A stretch of DNA of 64,000 nucleotides from Octopus vulgaris (Eukaryota): the NCBI GenBank assembly GCA_951406725.2, contig OX597814.1:221092001-221156000 (forward strand), written 5' to 3'. Below the pieces are notes generated by a model that was not told the origin of the DNA, ran no database searches, and worked only from the letters and a program-made list of their open reading frames with translations. This document shows, in pieces, positions 1 through 11,579 of this stretch (positions are counted from its first letter, which is position 1; every line of letters begins with the position of its first letter). A program made the translations under genes and the position numbers.

Positions 1-260
1 CACTATATGTTCCTATTTTCGAATTATGATTACTTTTGTTGTATTTTGCGTAGACTTATCTTGAAGGTAGCGAATCAGACCCTTATTAGATAGTAAGTCA
101 CAGTCCATGCATATATAATTACCCGGCTATACTTATATTTGCATAGAACACCATTGTGCGTTATAGTATATAATATGCCAACGAGGAAGGTCCCTACTCT
201 ATTAAAATGGAAATGACTCATTTGTCAATATATTCATTCACACAGTAGAATAAGGAAGCT

Positions 261-332
261 GGTCGCTTTGCCTAATGGATAAGGCATCTGACTTCAAGTA
301 GGAAGATTGCAGTTTGAGTCTCATCGTGGTTG
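261..332 (+). pseudogene. tRNA-Arg(TCG)-derived pseudogene, anticodon now TCA
   Basis: GGTCGCTTTGCCTAATGGATAAGGCATCTGACTTCAAGTAGGAAGATTGCAGTTTGAGTCTCATCGTGGTTG matches metazoan tRNA-Arg(TCG), with the D arm GCCTAATGGATAAGGC intact. The T arm and acceptor stem are degraded. A T7 run (Pol III terminator-like) follows at 339-345. Confidence 0.8.
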
Positions 333-515
333 AGTAAATTTTTTTAAGAGCTGCATCTCTCGAGCTGACAGTAGTAAAGAATCAAAAGTCATGACTGGAT
401 ATGATCAATGCAAGATGACTCAGGTTAAGCAGCGACATCGACAAGGCATAGAATGTGTTTATGCTTGTTACATACAAAAATACTGGGTTACGGTGTGTAA
501 TGGAATTTTGAGATA

Positions 516-905
516 TCTATAATATAAATTGGACATGGGCGATTGTGGTATTATTTCTTGTCTTGAGGTTCACAGCCAAACAACTGGGTGGATTCACGTG
601 AAAAATGGCACACTTGTGGAGACGGGTGCATAGATTTGAATGCAGTTTGTATTTTTTCCTAGCCCCTACACTCACCGAGAAAATCGATTAAAACTTTTTC
701 TAATGGAATTCCTCTCTTCCACCATTAAAACAACTACTTGCTTAGAAGCTGTTTTCTGACGGGGTGGGGTCAGGAAATTTTCATACAGCTGGAGGCTCCA
801 ATCGAAACAGGGGACTCGAAATGATAAGGTTAAAAAATGCCTAACCGAAAATGAACACAGCCACATTATCCAAACAGACCGGGTGAAACCGGGCTTAGCT
901 GCTAG
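516..905 (+). mobile_element. Non-autonomous Helitron
   Basis: 5' end A|TC(TATAATATAAA). The 3' hairpin CCGG-GTGAAA-CCGG lies about 10 nt before CTAG|T at 902-906. Confidence 0.7.
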
Positions 906-1635
906 TATAATAATTAATGTATCTCTGTATCCTAATTTTTGACTTACAAAGTCAAGGAAAAAGAATAAAGCAACTACAATAAGTGGTGCGATAACAAAAT
1001 ACTTGATAGCATAATGTTTACTGAGATCATGCAAAAGAGAAAGAGCTAAAAAGATTTGAGAAAATCTTTCCAGAAACTAGTCCTAGTTTTAAAGCCGTTA
1101 AAAAAACAGAGTCATTTAGATCCAGTCAGTTTCACATCTGTAAGTCATAGCCTTTTGACTGGTACACCTATCTTTGTACTGCGAACCCACATACCGCCTC
1201 TTACTTAAGTAATTAGAGTATACTGCATAAGGAAACTTCCCCAAAACTCATGTAGGAAAAACAGATTACAGTTGGAAATTTCGATTAGCACAGGAATAGC
1301 TATACCGAAAATAAAGCTAGGTCAATTTCTTATTAATATGCTTTACACAAACACACTCATCGAATCCACACTGTCAGTGTGGATATCATATTGCACATAA
1401 GTGCTAAGAGAGAAAACTGGGAATACAAACCCAGTTTTAACCGTCAGTCCGAATAGACTAATAAAAAAATACCGTACTTGGGAAACGCATATATACAGCA
1501 TGTACGTATGTGTGTATATATATATATATATATAGTTAATCCAAACATGAAAACACAAAGAGAAAACACAACAACGCGAGGACGTGGAACAAGTATAGTA
1601 TTATTGGACGCTCAGGAAAGAAGGAAAGAAGGAGG

Positions 1636-1670
1636 GTTTAAAATTTCGAGCTGAGCTCTTCGTCAGAAAC
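1636..1670 (-). ncRNA. Degenerate minimal type-I hammerhead ribozyme motif in a short PLE-like repeat (~1540-1710)
   Basis: Minus strand reads GTTT CTGACGA A GAGC-TCA-GCTC GAAA TT TT AAAC: core, stem II and stem I (GTTT/AAAC) are present, stem III is mutated. Confidence 0.55.
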
Positions 1671-1764
1671 AAAGGAAACAGAAAGATCCAAAGAAGGCAA
1701 GACGGAGAAAATATATATATATATACCTGTACATATACATACATATATATATATACATGTATAT

Positions 1765-1828
<64 letters not shown>

Positions 1829-3828
1829 AGTAAGTGAGAGAGACAGACAGACAGACAGAAGGCACAAGATCTATTTTAAACATTTTCACACGTATATATT
1901 TAATTTTTTTAGTAAAAAAATTAAATACACCAGTTTACTAAAAATCTAAAGTTCATTGATATAGACGTTTTAGCAGAATCGAACTCTACGTCTCCTGATT
2001 TATAACATAGTTTTCTATGCTGGGTCAGTAGTATTTATTTGTCAACAGGATTCTGGTGGACAGCTTCTGTCCACTCTGAAATCACTGCTCCCATTTGCAT
2101 TGTTTTACCGCATAATGGCGCACGAGGGAAAATATGTTTGTTTTGAGCCAACTTGAAATCTATAAATAACGAGACATTTTCATAATCAGATTAAAGTTGT
2201 CCCGTTGCCAGATTTCTTGCTGGTCTTTGAGAGACATTATCGAAATGATCTTTTTCAGGGAAGAAGGCCATTCATTCATCCTTGTAAATATTTTTGCTAA
2301 ATATAATAGGGTGTCATATTCCAGTTCTGACTGTTCAGAATTTATACATTCCTGTAGCCAGTTGTCACCTACGACTTGTTATTCAATATCTACGATTATC
2401 ATTTAAGATATAACCATCGCCAGTTTTAACCAACTCGAACACTGATACTGTCACAATTGCAGCTTCTATTTTCATCAACTGCAAAATGTGCTCTCAAAAC
2501 GGTTAGCCTTTATAATAACAACCCAGTTATTTTCGATCCTCGATTTAAAAGACATTTCAGTTATTTTTTCTCTCTCTTCCTCTACCTTCAGACTGCTATT
2601 TGACTGTGTCATTATGAAACATTTCGTGCTTTTGCTGTTAATTTCTATTGAGCTGGTAACAGATTTGCGTCGCCTGACTATGTCGTCTGCTTTATTTACA
2701 TCGTTGTATAGCGAATCTGAATGTTAAAAGAAAACCTTTTTCAACACGTCACCAATTCGCGACTTGCCAGACAAATTTGACTGTATACATAATATTTAGC
2801 GAAAACATACATACACTTATTTATGTTCTGCAAATCAAAAGCTTGTTTATTCTGTATTCTCTAACATTATGCATGCCAACATAATATTTTCATTTTGAGT
2901 TATATCATTTTCTAAACCTTTTAACATTGTTTGAAATTACTTAATTCTTGTTTGAAGCCTATTCAATCAGAAATTTTCTTCTGTTTAATTTTTTTGCCAT
3001 TCTCGACTTGTCAATTTGGAATGGCCATAGGATTTTGTTCCATTAAAGTGTATTTATTTCCACGAATAAAATCAAAACAAAATGCCTAACGCTATATACG
3101 TATTGGGAGTTAATGTTTACATTACTGTAATGGAACACGAAATGGCTGGAGTCAGACTTCAAATGGCAGCTAGCCTTCCATATTCACCTTTCGCTATTAC
3201 GTTGTCTACCCAGGCATTGCGACTATCTATAAAAATAATTATTCCATATATACATAGTGAACTACGTGTGCAAACGTTCAAAAGCCGTCCTCATGAAAGG
3301 ACCAAAACAGAAAAAAAAAACAATAACAAAAACAAACAAACAAAAACAGACTTATAATACCTACTATTAATTACAAAAAAATGATATATATTACAGATAA
3401 CAAATTAAAATGAGAAAAGAAAATGAGGCAGAGAAGGAAAAGAAAGATAAATTGAATATGAAAGAAACTAAAGATTCACAAAACCAAAGTGCAAAAAGCA
3501 ACTATATACTAAGACCAATACATTCCAAGTTCAGAAAAAATAATTACTTTATATATTAAATAGACTTACTTAAAGATGAGTATAAATAAAAAATGAAACA
3601 AATAAAAGCAAAAATGAAAATAGTAAAGAAGAAAAGAATAGAACGAAAAAGAAGCAGGAAGCGTATAAAACCGGGCAGTAATTCATTTATGACAGGTAGA
3701 GTAGAATGAACGTTAGTGACCAGGGTGAAAGAATAGCCGTTTAACTTACACAACGCACACGCAGACACACTGGGACACATACATACATACATACATACAT
3801 ACATACATACATACATACATACATACAT

Positions 3829-3865
<37 letters not shown>

Positions 3866-3919
3866 TGTGCATCGGTGATCATGAGTGTGCCTGATACATA
3901 TCCATGTAAGGAATAACGT

Positions 3920-4222
3920 TCCGAAACTATATTCGAAATGAGATGATTCGAGAACGAAGCGGAGCGAATTATGTGATCGCAGAATATCAAAAGCATAAGT
4001 TTCCGCTGGGCCGCGGACATGAGGCAAGGCTCACAGACGACATGTAAGTTCGTGCATTAGCCGAATAGTATCCAAAAGATCGGAAAAGGACATTCGAAAG
4101 TTCACCACATTGATGGATGTGAAAACGATTTAGTAAAACAATTTAAGCCAAGATGGAAAAGAATGGCTCAATCAAGAAAGAATTGGAAGCGTATTGTGAC
4201 CAGCGGTGTATAACATGTGATA
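3920..4222 (+). mobile_element. RTE-clade LINE, decayed 3' end
   Basis: Frameshifted translation resembles the RTE C-terminus (KFRWA.GH.ARLTDD...YPKDRKR...DLVKQFKPRWKRMAQSRKNWKR). Confidence 0.7.
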
Positions 4223-4246
4223 ACATGCGCTACAAATGTTAAGATG

Positions 4247-4317
<71 letters not shown>

Positions 4318-4319
<2 letters not shown>

Positions 4320-4375
4320 AAAGAAGGTTTGAAAATGCAACACCTTTTAAAATTGCATTTTCAAACCTTCTTTCA
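4318..4375. repeat. Perfect 23-bp inverted repeat adjoining (TA)n
   Basis: TGAAAGAAGGTTTGAAAATGCAA (4318-4340) pairs with TTGCATTTTCAAACCTTCTTTCA (4353-4375). Confidence 0.9.
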
Positions 4376-4434
4376 TATATAATTCCACTCGTGCGGTACC
4401 TTACAACTCCACTTTGTTATATATACATGTGCAC

Positions 4435-4478
<44 letters not shown>

Positions 4479-4594
4479 GCGCACTTTCATATATACGCTG
4501 TGAGTGTATAAATATATCAATGTCTACGTGTATACATATTCTATTCATGTACGCATACCTGTGTTTATATTTGTATTTTTATGAATGCCTAGAA

Positions 4595-4770
4595 ACTAGA
4601 GGAGTTGAAGAAAATGGTTAACAGCATTTCCTCTGTCTACGTTTTGAGTTCAAATTCCATTATACGTTTGAGGTCGATAAAATAAAGTACTAGTAGTAAA
4701 GTACTAAAATTATTATAATCGACTTGCACCAACTCACTAAAACTGCTGGCCTTGTGCCAAAATATAAAAA
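4595..4770 (+). mobile_element. SINE group B, highly degenerate
   Basis: Remnants of the GTTCAAATTCC B-box, GAGGTCGATAAAATAAAGTAC and GGCCTTGTGCCAAAAT match other group B copies. Confidence 0.6.
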
Positions 4771-5189
4771 ATTCGGAATATGCCTGTACTTCACGAATGG
4801 GTTTATACACTATTTGATTTTATTATTTGTATTTATCCTTTATTTTAAGTTAGCGGGTAATTAATATTGTTGATTGAAGATTCTAGAAGAAATTAAAAGT
4901 CCGTCCTCATACGATTAAAAGGTGTGGACTTATGATTTATAAGTTTGTTTGATGAGTGCAATGCACGAAAATCTCGGTCCTTGAGTCACTCATGGAACTT
5001 TACGGCTGAATCAAAACGATATACTCTCTTATATAATGAGTCCCACGGGGTGGCCGTTAAGTCCCTCATGCATTCCTCTTACTATAATTACCAGTTTGAA
5101 TGAAATAAATTCTATTGATTTTGCTTTTATCTAGATGTATCTACGAAGTTATTTTATTGATTATTTTTTATTCTATTCTATTTTTGCTG

Positions 5190-5640
5190 AAATGTTATCT
5201 CAAATTGATCGGAGAATAATTGTCCACCATTCTTTGTTTAATGTGAGTAGAGAAGTTTGTATGAAAACCTACCTCAAAGCGATAAAACTTTTAGACATTT
5301 ATGAAGAATGTGGTGAAGCTAGAAGTACCCAAGATTTATCGACAGGCGGCTATTCTTTTGGCAGGTATGAGGCTGCTGACATTTCTAATTAGGGCTCATT
5401 TTGAAGAATATCAAAATTACTCCATTAGAAAGGAACACGCCATATAAAACAACCAGAAAATCTTTGAAATACACAATTAAGTTGAGAACAACCAATTTCA
5501 CTTTTAAACAACAAATACTGTCTGGTGACGATACAGCTAAAAGGAAATATTTTTAGTTAGTGAAGGAAATATTATACAAATAACAATTTTCTCATCCAAC
5601 ATCTCTTTATTCTTGGATGAAGCTACACTTCATGTTAAGC
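5190..5640 (+). mobile_element. Possible Tc1/mariner-superfamily transposase remnant
   Basis: Broken frames include SNISLFLDEATLH, resembling the first catalytic-Asp motif (ILFSDEAxFHL). Weak support. Confidence 0.35.
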
Positions 5641-6388
5641 ATGATTTGTGAATGTGAACACATCAAACTCTATAAGAGAACTCCCTCTCTAATAACTCCT
5701 GGTGTCAGTGTTGGGTTGCGATTGCAGGACAAGTTGATAGGAGCGTAGGTTTTCTTTTTTTTTTTTGAAGATGTTATAATGTTTTTCAAGAAAAATATTT
5801 AACCATATTGAAAGATTAGTTTATACTAAATTTAAAACACTCCAGACGATAGGCCAGAAGCTATTTCTAATAGATTCCGCTGTTTTTATAAATTGGCGCT
5901 CTCCTAGACTGGGGACTCCAAGTGAGGGAATTCCAAAATTAGATACTGTATGAAAAAAAGTCTGTTCACTCTTGCCCAGACTCTTGGCCCGCAAGAAGGC
6001 CAGGCCTGGCTCTTCTGGACACTTACTTAGAGACACTTACAGAAGGCCTGACTCTTCTGGATACTTACTTACTTGCTGCAGTTAAAGTAGAAGTATACAA
6101 GAGAAATCCTCAATGGAGTGACGACTTGATATAATTTATAGTGAAAGAATTTACCAAAATTTTCCTGTCTACTCTAAAATACATTTTTGATAATTGAGTT
6201 CTCCAACCTCTTTTATGCATAAAAGCTGAAGAAAGGAATGTCCAGCGTAAATGTCTATTAATCGTTTCGCCTGTTTCAATACATTAGTTCGTACATAATT
6301 GTCTATTTGTTATTTCTCAAAACAGAAGAGTGATTTTTATGACAAGCTTGTATATCTCCGGTTTTTACACTTATATGTACAAAGTTAT

Positions 6389-6610
6389 TCTTTTACTTGT
6401 TTTAGTCATTTGACTGCAGCCACGCTGGAGCACCGCCTTGAAGGGTTTTTAAGTCGTCCCCAGGACTTATTCTTTGTAGGCCTATTACTTATTCTACTCG
6501 TCTCTTATTCCGAACTGCTAAGTTACGGGGAACATAAACACACCAACATCTGTTGTCAAGCGATGGTGGTGGGACAAACACAGACACAAAGACGCACACA
6601 CACACACACA
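6389..6610 (-). mobile_element. SINE group A, 3' half
   Basis: TTTTACTTGTTTTAGTCATTTGACTGCAGCCACGCTGGAGCACCGCC...; homologous to the full copies at 29733 and 33604. Confidence 0.85.
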
Positions 6611-7271
6611 TTAATGCATATTATGTTATATATTCACTTATATATAAACTCATCGACGATCAGAAACGGCCAGAAAGCTTCCTAAAAAGATGAGAAGGCA
6701 ACAGATTAGTTTCAAAGGACAACATATGAAAAATCAGAGTTTCGAAGGCTTTGTGACAACCGGGAAACTTAAAGAAGAAGAGCAAGTAGATTGGCATAAA
6801 AAGATGTATTTAAAATCTAAGCAAAACCAATAAAGGAGAATAACTTCAATAATATCGGCTAGCCTAATTTTTTAAAATTTAAGGCGATGAATTTTGTCTT
6901 TAGCATCAACTCTTCGGAGTCTTCGGTGCAGCATGCTCATTCCTTTTAGAAAAACAGATAAGTTATCAAATATATAGTAATGGCAAGATTATGTAGTCAT
7001 GCTCATTACGATTATCAACAAAAGAAAGAATGGAGATAATTCCAAAGGGGACTTTTGTGTGATGAATACTAAGAGAGAGAACGTCAATGTGTTTTGTTTC
7101 TTTTAACCAACTATGTGTATTTAGAAATAAATATACGTCTTTAGAGACAATAACTCTGTGGACTGAAAACTAGGGATCAGTAATACTGTATTGAGAATTT
7201 ATCAGTGACCGAAGATTCTCTTCAGCTGCCCATGGAGACAGTGCTTATAAATCTATTATCATTGCTTTCAA

Positions 7272-7478
7272 GTTTATGGCACAAAGCCAGCAATTTCGTG
7301 GAAAGGATAGGTTGATTAGATCGACCCCAGTGCTCAACTGGCACATATTTTATCGACCATGAAAGGATGAAAGACAAAGCGGATCTCGGCGGAATTTGAA
7401 AACAGAACGTAAAGAGGGACAAAATGCCGCTAAGCTTTTTGCCCGGCGTGCTAACGAATTCGCCAGCTCGCCGCCTTA
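7272..7478 (-). mobile_element. SINE group B
   Basis: Minus-strand head TAAGGCGGCGAGCTGGCG; homologous to the copy at 30990. Confidence 0.85.
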
Positions 7479-8179
7479 TTAATCTACTATTATTAAATCC
7501 AAAATTTATTTGAATAAACCAATTTGCATATATAATTCATTCTTGTAGTGGTTCGATTTATAAATTACCGTTGCTTTAATAGCGAGTAGTTTCCATCCTC
7601 TATTGTACTAGATAGTAACTCTATAGCTTTTTTTCTGCTACTATTGTAAATAGAAAGACATAAACAACTTATGTTTATATTTTCGGGAAATATTCTGTGT
7701 ACAGACAGCTATAAACACCTCGACGGTACTGTGCGCTTTACCGTAATAGATTATAGCATGCAATACTGTCAGATTACAAAATCCTATCACTGAACTGCTT
7801 ATATAATTAAAATCTTAAAAGCACTGTCTGAATTGACAAAGTCTCTTGACAAAGGACATCGCAAATATAATAGGCATCACTTAGGTATGAGACTATGTAC
7901 TGTTTGAATATTACCTAAATTGACATCCTCCCCCACCGCCACATCACTTACGCATCATAGAAACATACAAAACTATACACATACATAAGTATGCATATAT
8001 TCAAATATACACATATGCATACATACACATGTATGCATATCCACATATGCACACACAAACTTGCTCATACATTCCCCCCTCTCTCTCTCTCTTACACACA
8101 CATGGATATCAACTGGTGAAATAAATATATTCATCTCTCATACCACCTGACTTTCTTCATAGTCTGTGCCGGTTGATAC

Positions 8180-8830
8180 ATTACAAATGTTTTTGTTTTC
8201 AAGCTGATGGTCAAGCCAAAATCATCACAAGCTGAGTGAAATACAGATAAAAGAGATTGCAGACTTGTTTCAGAATGACTGACTAGATCGTAATCTCAGC
8301 GTATAAGAATTCTGTAATGAGTGAAGTAAAAATCTTTGTTTTGAATTTCAGTCTGGTCAGGTTAAAAACATTCCCTGTTATTCGATATTTTATGTAAATA
8401 CCCTCCTCAGAGTTTTGAAATGCGTGTTACAGCACAACAGCAAAGAAGGGTGGGTGCATCAAGGTCTCCTTGCTTTACTCCATTTTCCACGGCAAAAAGA
8501 TTCAGAAAACCTACCACCAAACTTAATTATGGCCTTCATATCTTAATGCAAAGCCCTGATCAAAAAAGAAAAAAAAAGAAAAAAAGAAAAATCGAACACC
8601 TTCCAGTTATAGCTGGGATGGAATTTGAACAAAATCTAAATGACATTTATTTAGCTGTGAATAAGCTGGATAACAATAAGTCTCCAGGGTCTGCGTAGAG
8701 GGCTTGAAATATGGTCATAACAAAATATTTGAACTTTTAAATATATTAATTTGTCACTGTTGGAGAGCTGAGGATGTGCCCCAAGACTGGGGGATTCCGA
8801 GTCAGCGGATTTATGTTAAAGAAAAAGGGA
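8180..8830. mobile_element. RTE (BovB-like) LINE remnant in two opposite orientations
   Basis: Minus ~8180-8560 gives HAFQNSEEGIYIKYRITGNVFNLTRLK...LITEFLYAE (RT, YADD region). Plus ~8590-8830 gives AVNKLDNNKSPG...LKYG...CWRAEDVPQDW (region just upstream of RT). Confidence 0.75.
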
Positions 8831-8979
8831 AACAAAACCAAGGCGGGACGAGCATCCCTGGCCATTTTGATTATTTAATTAGAGTAAAAATGAATCCTTT
8901 TTTGATTCATTTTTACTTTAATCAAATATTCAGAATGACCTGAGAAGCTCGTATTGCCTTGGTTTTGTTTTATTTTTCC

Positions 8980-9030
<51 letters not shown>

Positions 9031-9160
9031 GTACATTTAAACACATAAGAGGTATCCGTCATAGGAATCCTTTCACGCTAGAAGGAACAGTTAAAGTCCA
9101 AACCACTATTAGGGATAAACATACGAAGGGAATGAAAAATAAAACATTTACCATCTATCT

Positions 9161-9228
9161 CCTGGACCATGGTTTCAGACTTTTTTAGCAAATAAAATAA
9201 TTTCTTAGGCGAAGTCTTCATCAACAGG
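9161..9228 (-). ncRNA. Minimal type-I hammerhead ribozyme motif (C3U core variant)
   Basis: Minus strand reads CCTG TTGATGA AGACTT...AAGTCT GAAA CCATGG TC CAGG. Stem I is CCTG/CAGG, stem II has 6 bp, stem III is the palindrome ACCATGGT, and the cleavage triplet is GUC. Confidence 0.75.
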
Positions 9229-9489
9229 TACGTCTAGATGAAACATATAAGTACGAGGCAAATCCAGCATGTGCCTCTTGGGGGACATTATAATTTTTAA
9301 AATCCACCGCGCAAGTGCATTTTTTTGTCGGCAGGGAAAAAATACCGGTATTTCTTCGAACAATTTTTCAGAAAAAATTATCAATAATTAATAATATCAA
9401 GGTAATAAAGATTTTAGAAATTTTTACAACCCGTGGCTTAGCGTGGCCACAGGTAGTAAAAATGTCTACAAATCTTTATTACCCTGATA

Positions 9490-9548
<59 letters not shown>

Positions 9549-9610
9549 GGAAAATAGCAGTTGAAAATGCATTGAAAATATTTAAATATCTTTTATTAAT
9601 ATATTTAAAG

Positions 9611-9649
9611 CTTTATCCGGTTTCACAGTTTATACTGATTTTCAAAAAG
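9611..9649 (-). ncRNA. Degenerate hammerhead-like motif 3' of the Penelope ORF
   Basis: Minus strand reads CTTT TTGAAAA T CAGT-ATAA-ACTG T GAAA CCGG AT AAAG. The core is U3/A8-type, stem III is the palindrome CCGG, and U16.1 is missing. Confidence 0.45.
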
Positions 9650-11169
9650 TTGAAATAGAAAGACGTGGCTCATGTCGCAGCTGTCTAGCTTCTGACTATT
9701 GTTTGAAGCTTGCCTTATTTTTATAGTGAGTTCATGCCTCAAATTAGTATATATTTTGAATAGGATTTGATTGGTAGAGGGTAGTCACATGACTGGTCCT
9801 AGACATTTTTGTAGGTTCTCCGCTACGTCCGTTCGTTAGTATCAGGTGACAATGTCTGGCATTGTAAGTTAAGGGTGACACGGTTGACTGAGCATGTCCA
9901 AACAATCAATGCTCTAAATGTTTTCCGCCAAGTGTTTGCAGAAAATTAACACATAATTAAGTTTATAACCTTTTTGTACGATTCTCGATACGTTCGTGCG
10001 TTAGTGTCCCGTGATTATATATATTTTGCGCCTAAAAAGAAGGCCGACACGGTAGAGTGAACATGTTTCGTTCTAATCAAGTTACTCCAAATTTAATCTG
10101 TCTGGTGGGAGAATGGACAGGAGTCGTTTATATGTAGTCCAGTGGCTAAAATTTAGGTTGTTAACTGTGTAGCTCCCTCGTGTTAAGTGATAGAATGAAT
10201 TTTATGCGTGAATTGTTATTTGTGCATGTTCTCTGTTAAAGTTTGTTAAGTCTTGATTTGTACTTTTGTATGAAATCCTTTTCTTTGTTTATTCGTGCTT
10301 CATATGTGATATTCCCTAAATATGGGTAGAGTGAGGAAGAAGTGGAATTTGGGGGACTATGTGTCCACTCAGTGGAATCTGTCTAGTACTGGGGTTTCGT
10401 ATTTGTTGTAGGTGAATGGTCAGTCTCTTTCTTAGAGTAAGCTTTTCTTGACAAATAATGGCGCATATTAAATTCCTTGTAGAACACGTAAAATAATTTT
10501 TTATGGTAAAAGTCTGTCTCGATTTAAATTTCTTTGTTGCATCTTCAATAAGGTTGATGCAGATCCCGTAGTTGGGGCTGCCACATTTTTTTTACTGTCG
10601 GTGTAGGAATTGTGGAAGGTAATTTAAACACCTGTGAGGAATTTTTTTAGGAACTTTTGATTATTTTGTGTATTCCGAATGCTTGCTTATATTCTTGGTC
10701 TTGTTTTAGTAGTGGGATGTTCTGGTGGATAATATTGTGAACCTCTGTTTCTTGGATTATGTACTGTAATAAAGGGTAGCGTATTGGATGTATCTGCAGC
10801 GCTTTCCGTTTTTCGTAGTTCTTCGATATTTATTGTTTTGGCACATTCTATTCTGTTGTCTGTTAGCATTAATGGATATTGTCTTTTAAGTAGAACCTGT
10901 TTTAGTTCCTGGTGTTTTTTATTGCGAGTTTCGGGGTTTGAGACAAGTGTGCAGATGCTGATTCTTCTTGCCAGATTAAAGGGGATAATATTCTTTGTGT
11001 GTTTGGGATGGCAAGAGGAGAACAGTAAGTACTATTTAAAATCTGTTTGCTTGTAGTGCATATCTGTTTCAATGATTTTATCTCTTTTGATGATTAGTAT
11101 ATCCAGGAATGGAAGTTGAGTTTTACTGCATTCCATGGTAAAGTTAATATTATTGTTTATGCTATTACC

Positions 11170-11579
11170 CTTTTACTCTTTTACTTGTTTCAGTCATTTG
11201 ACTGCGGCCATGCTGGAGCACCGCCTTTAATCGAGCAACTCGACCCCGGGACTTATTCTTTTTGTAAGCCCAGTACTTATTCTATCGGTCTCTTTTTGCC
11301 GAACCGCTAAGTAACGGGGACATAAACACACCAGCATCGATTGTCAAGTAATGCTAGGGGGACAAACACAGACACACAAACACACACACGCATATATACA
11401 TATATACATATATACGACGGGCTTCTTTTCAGTTTCCGTCTACCAAATCCACTCACAAGGCTTTGGTCGGCCCGAGGCTATAGTAGAAGACACTTGTCCA
11501 AGGTTCCACGCAGTGGGACTGAACCCGGAACCATGTGGTTGGTAAACAAGCTACTTACCACACAGCCACTCCTGCGCCT
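11170..11579 (-). mobile_element. SINE group A, full length, inserted in the PLE
   Basis: tRNA-like head AGGCGCAGGAGTGGCTGTGTGGTAAG...GGTTCAGTCCC, internal microsatellite, tail GAAACAAGTAAAAGAG. Confidence 0.92.

Noticed and set aside
261-332. Selenocysteine tRNA (TCA anticodon)
   Set aside because: The body is tRNA-Arg-like and lacks the long variable arm of tRNA-Sec.
9340-9378. Palindrome AAATACCGGTATTT near a CTGAAAA on the minus strand as another HHR
   Set aside because: Stems I and II cannot be formed.
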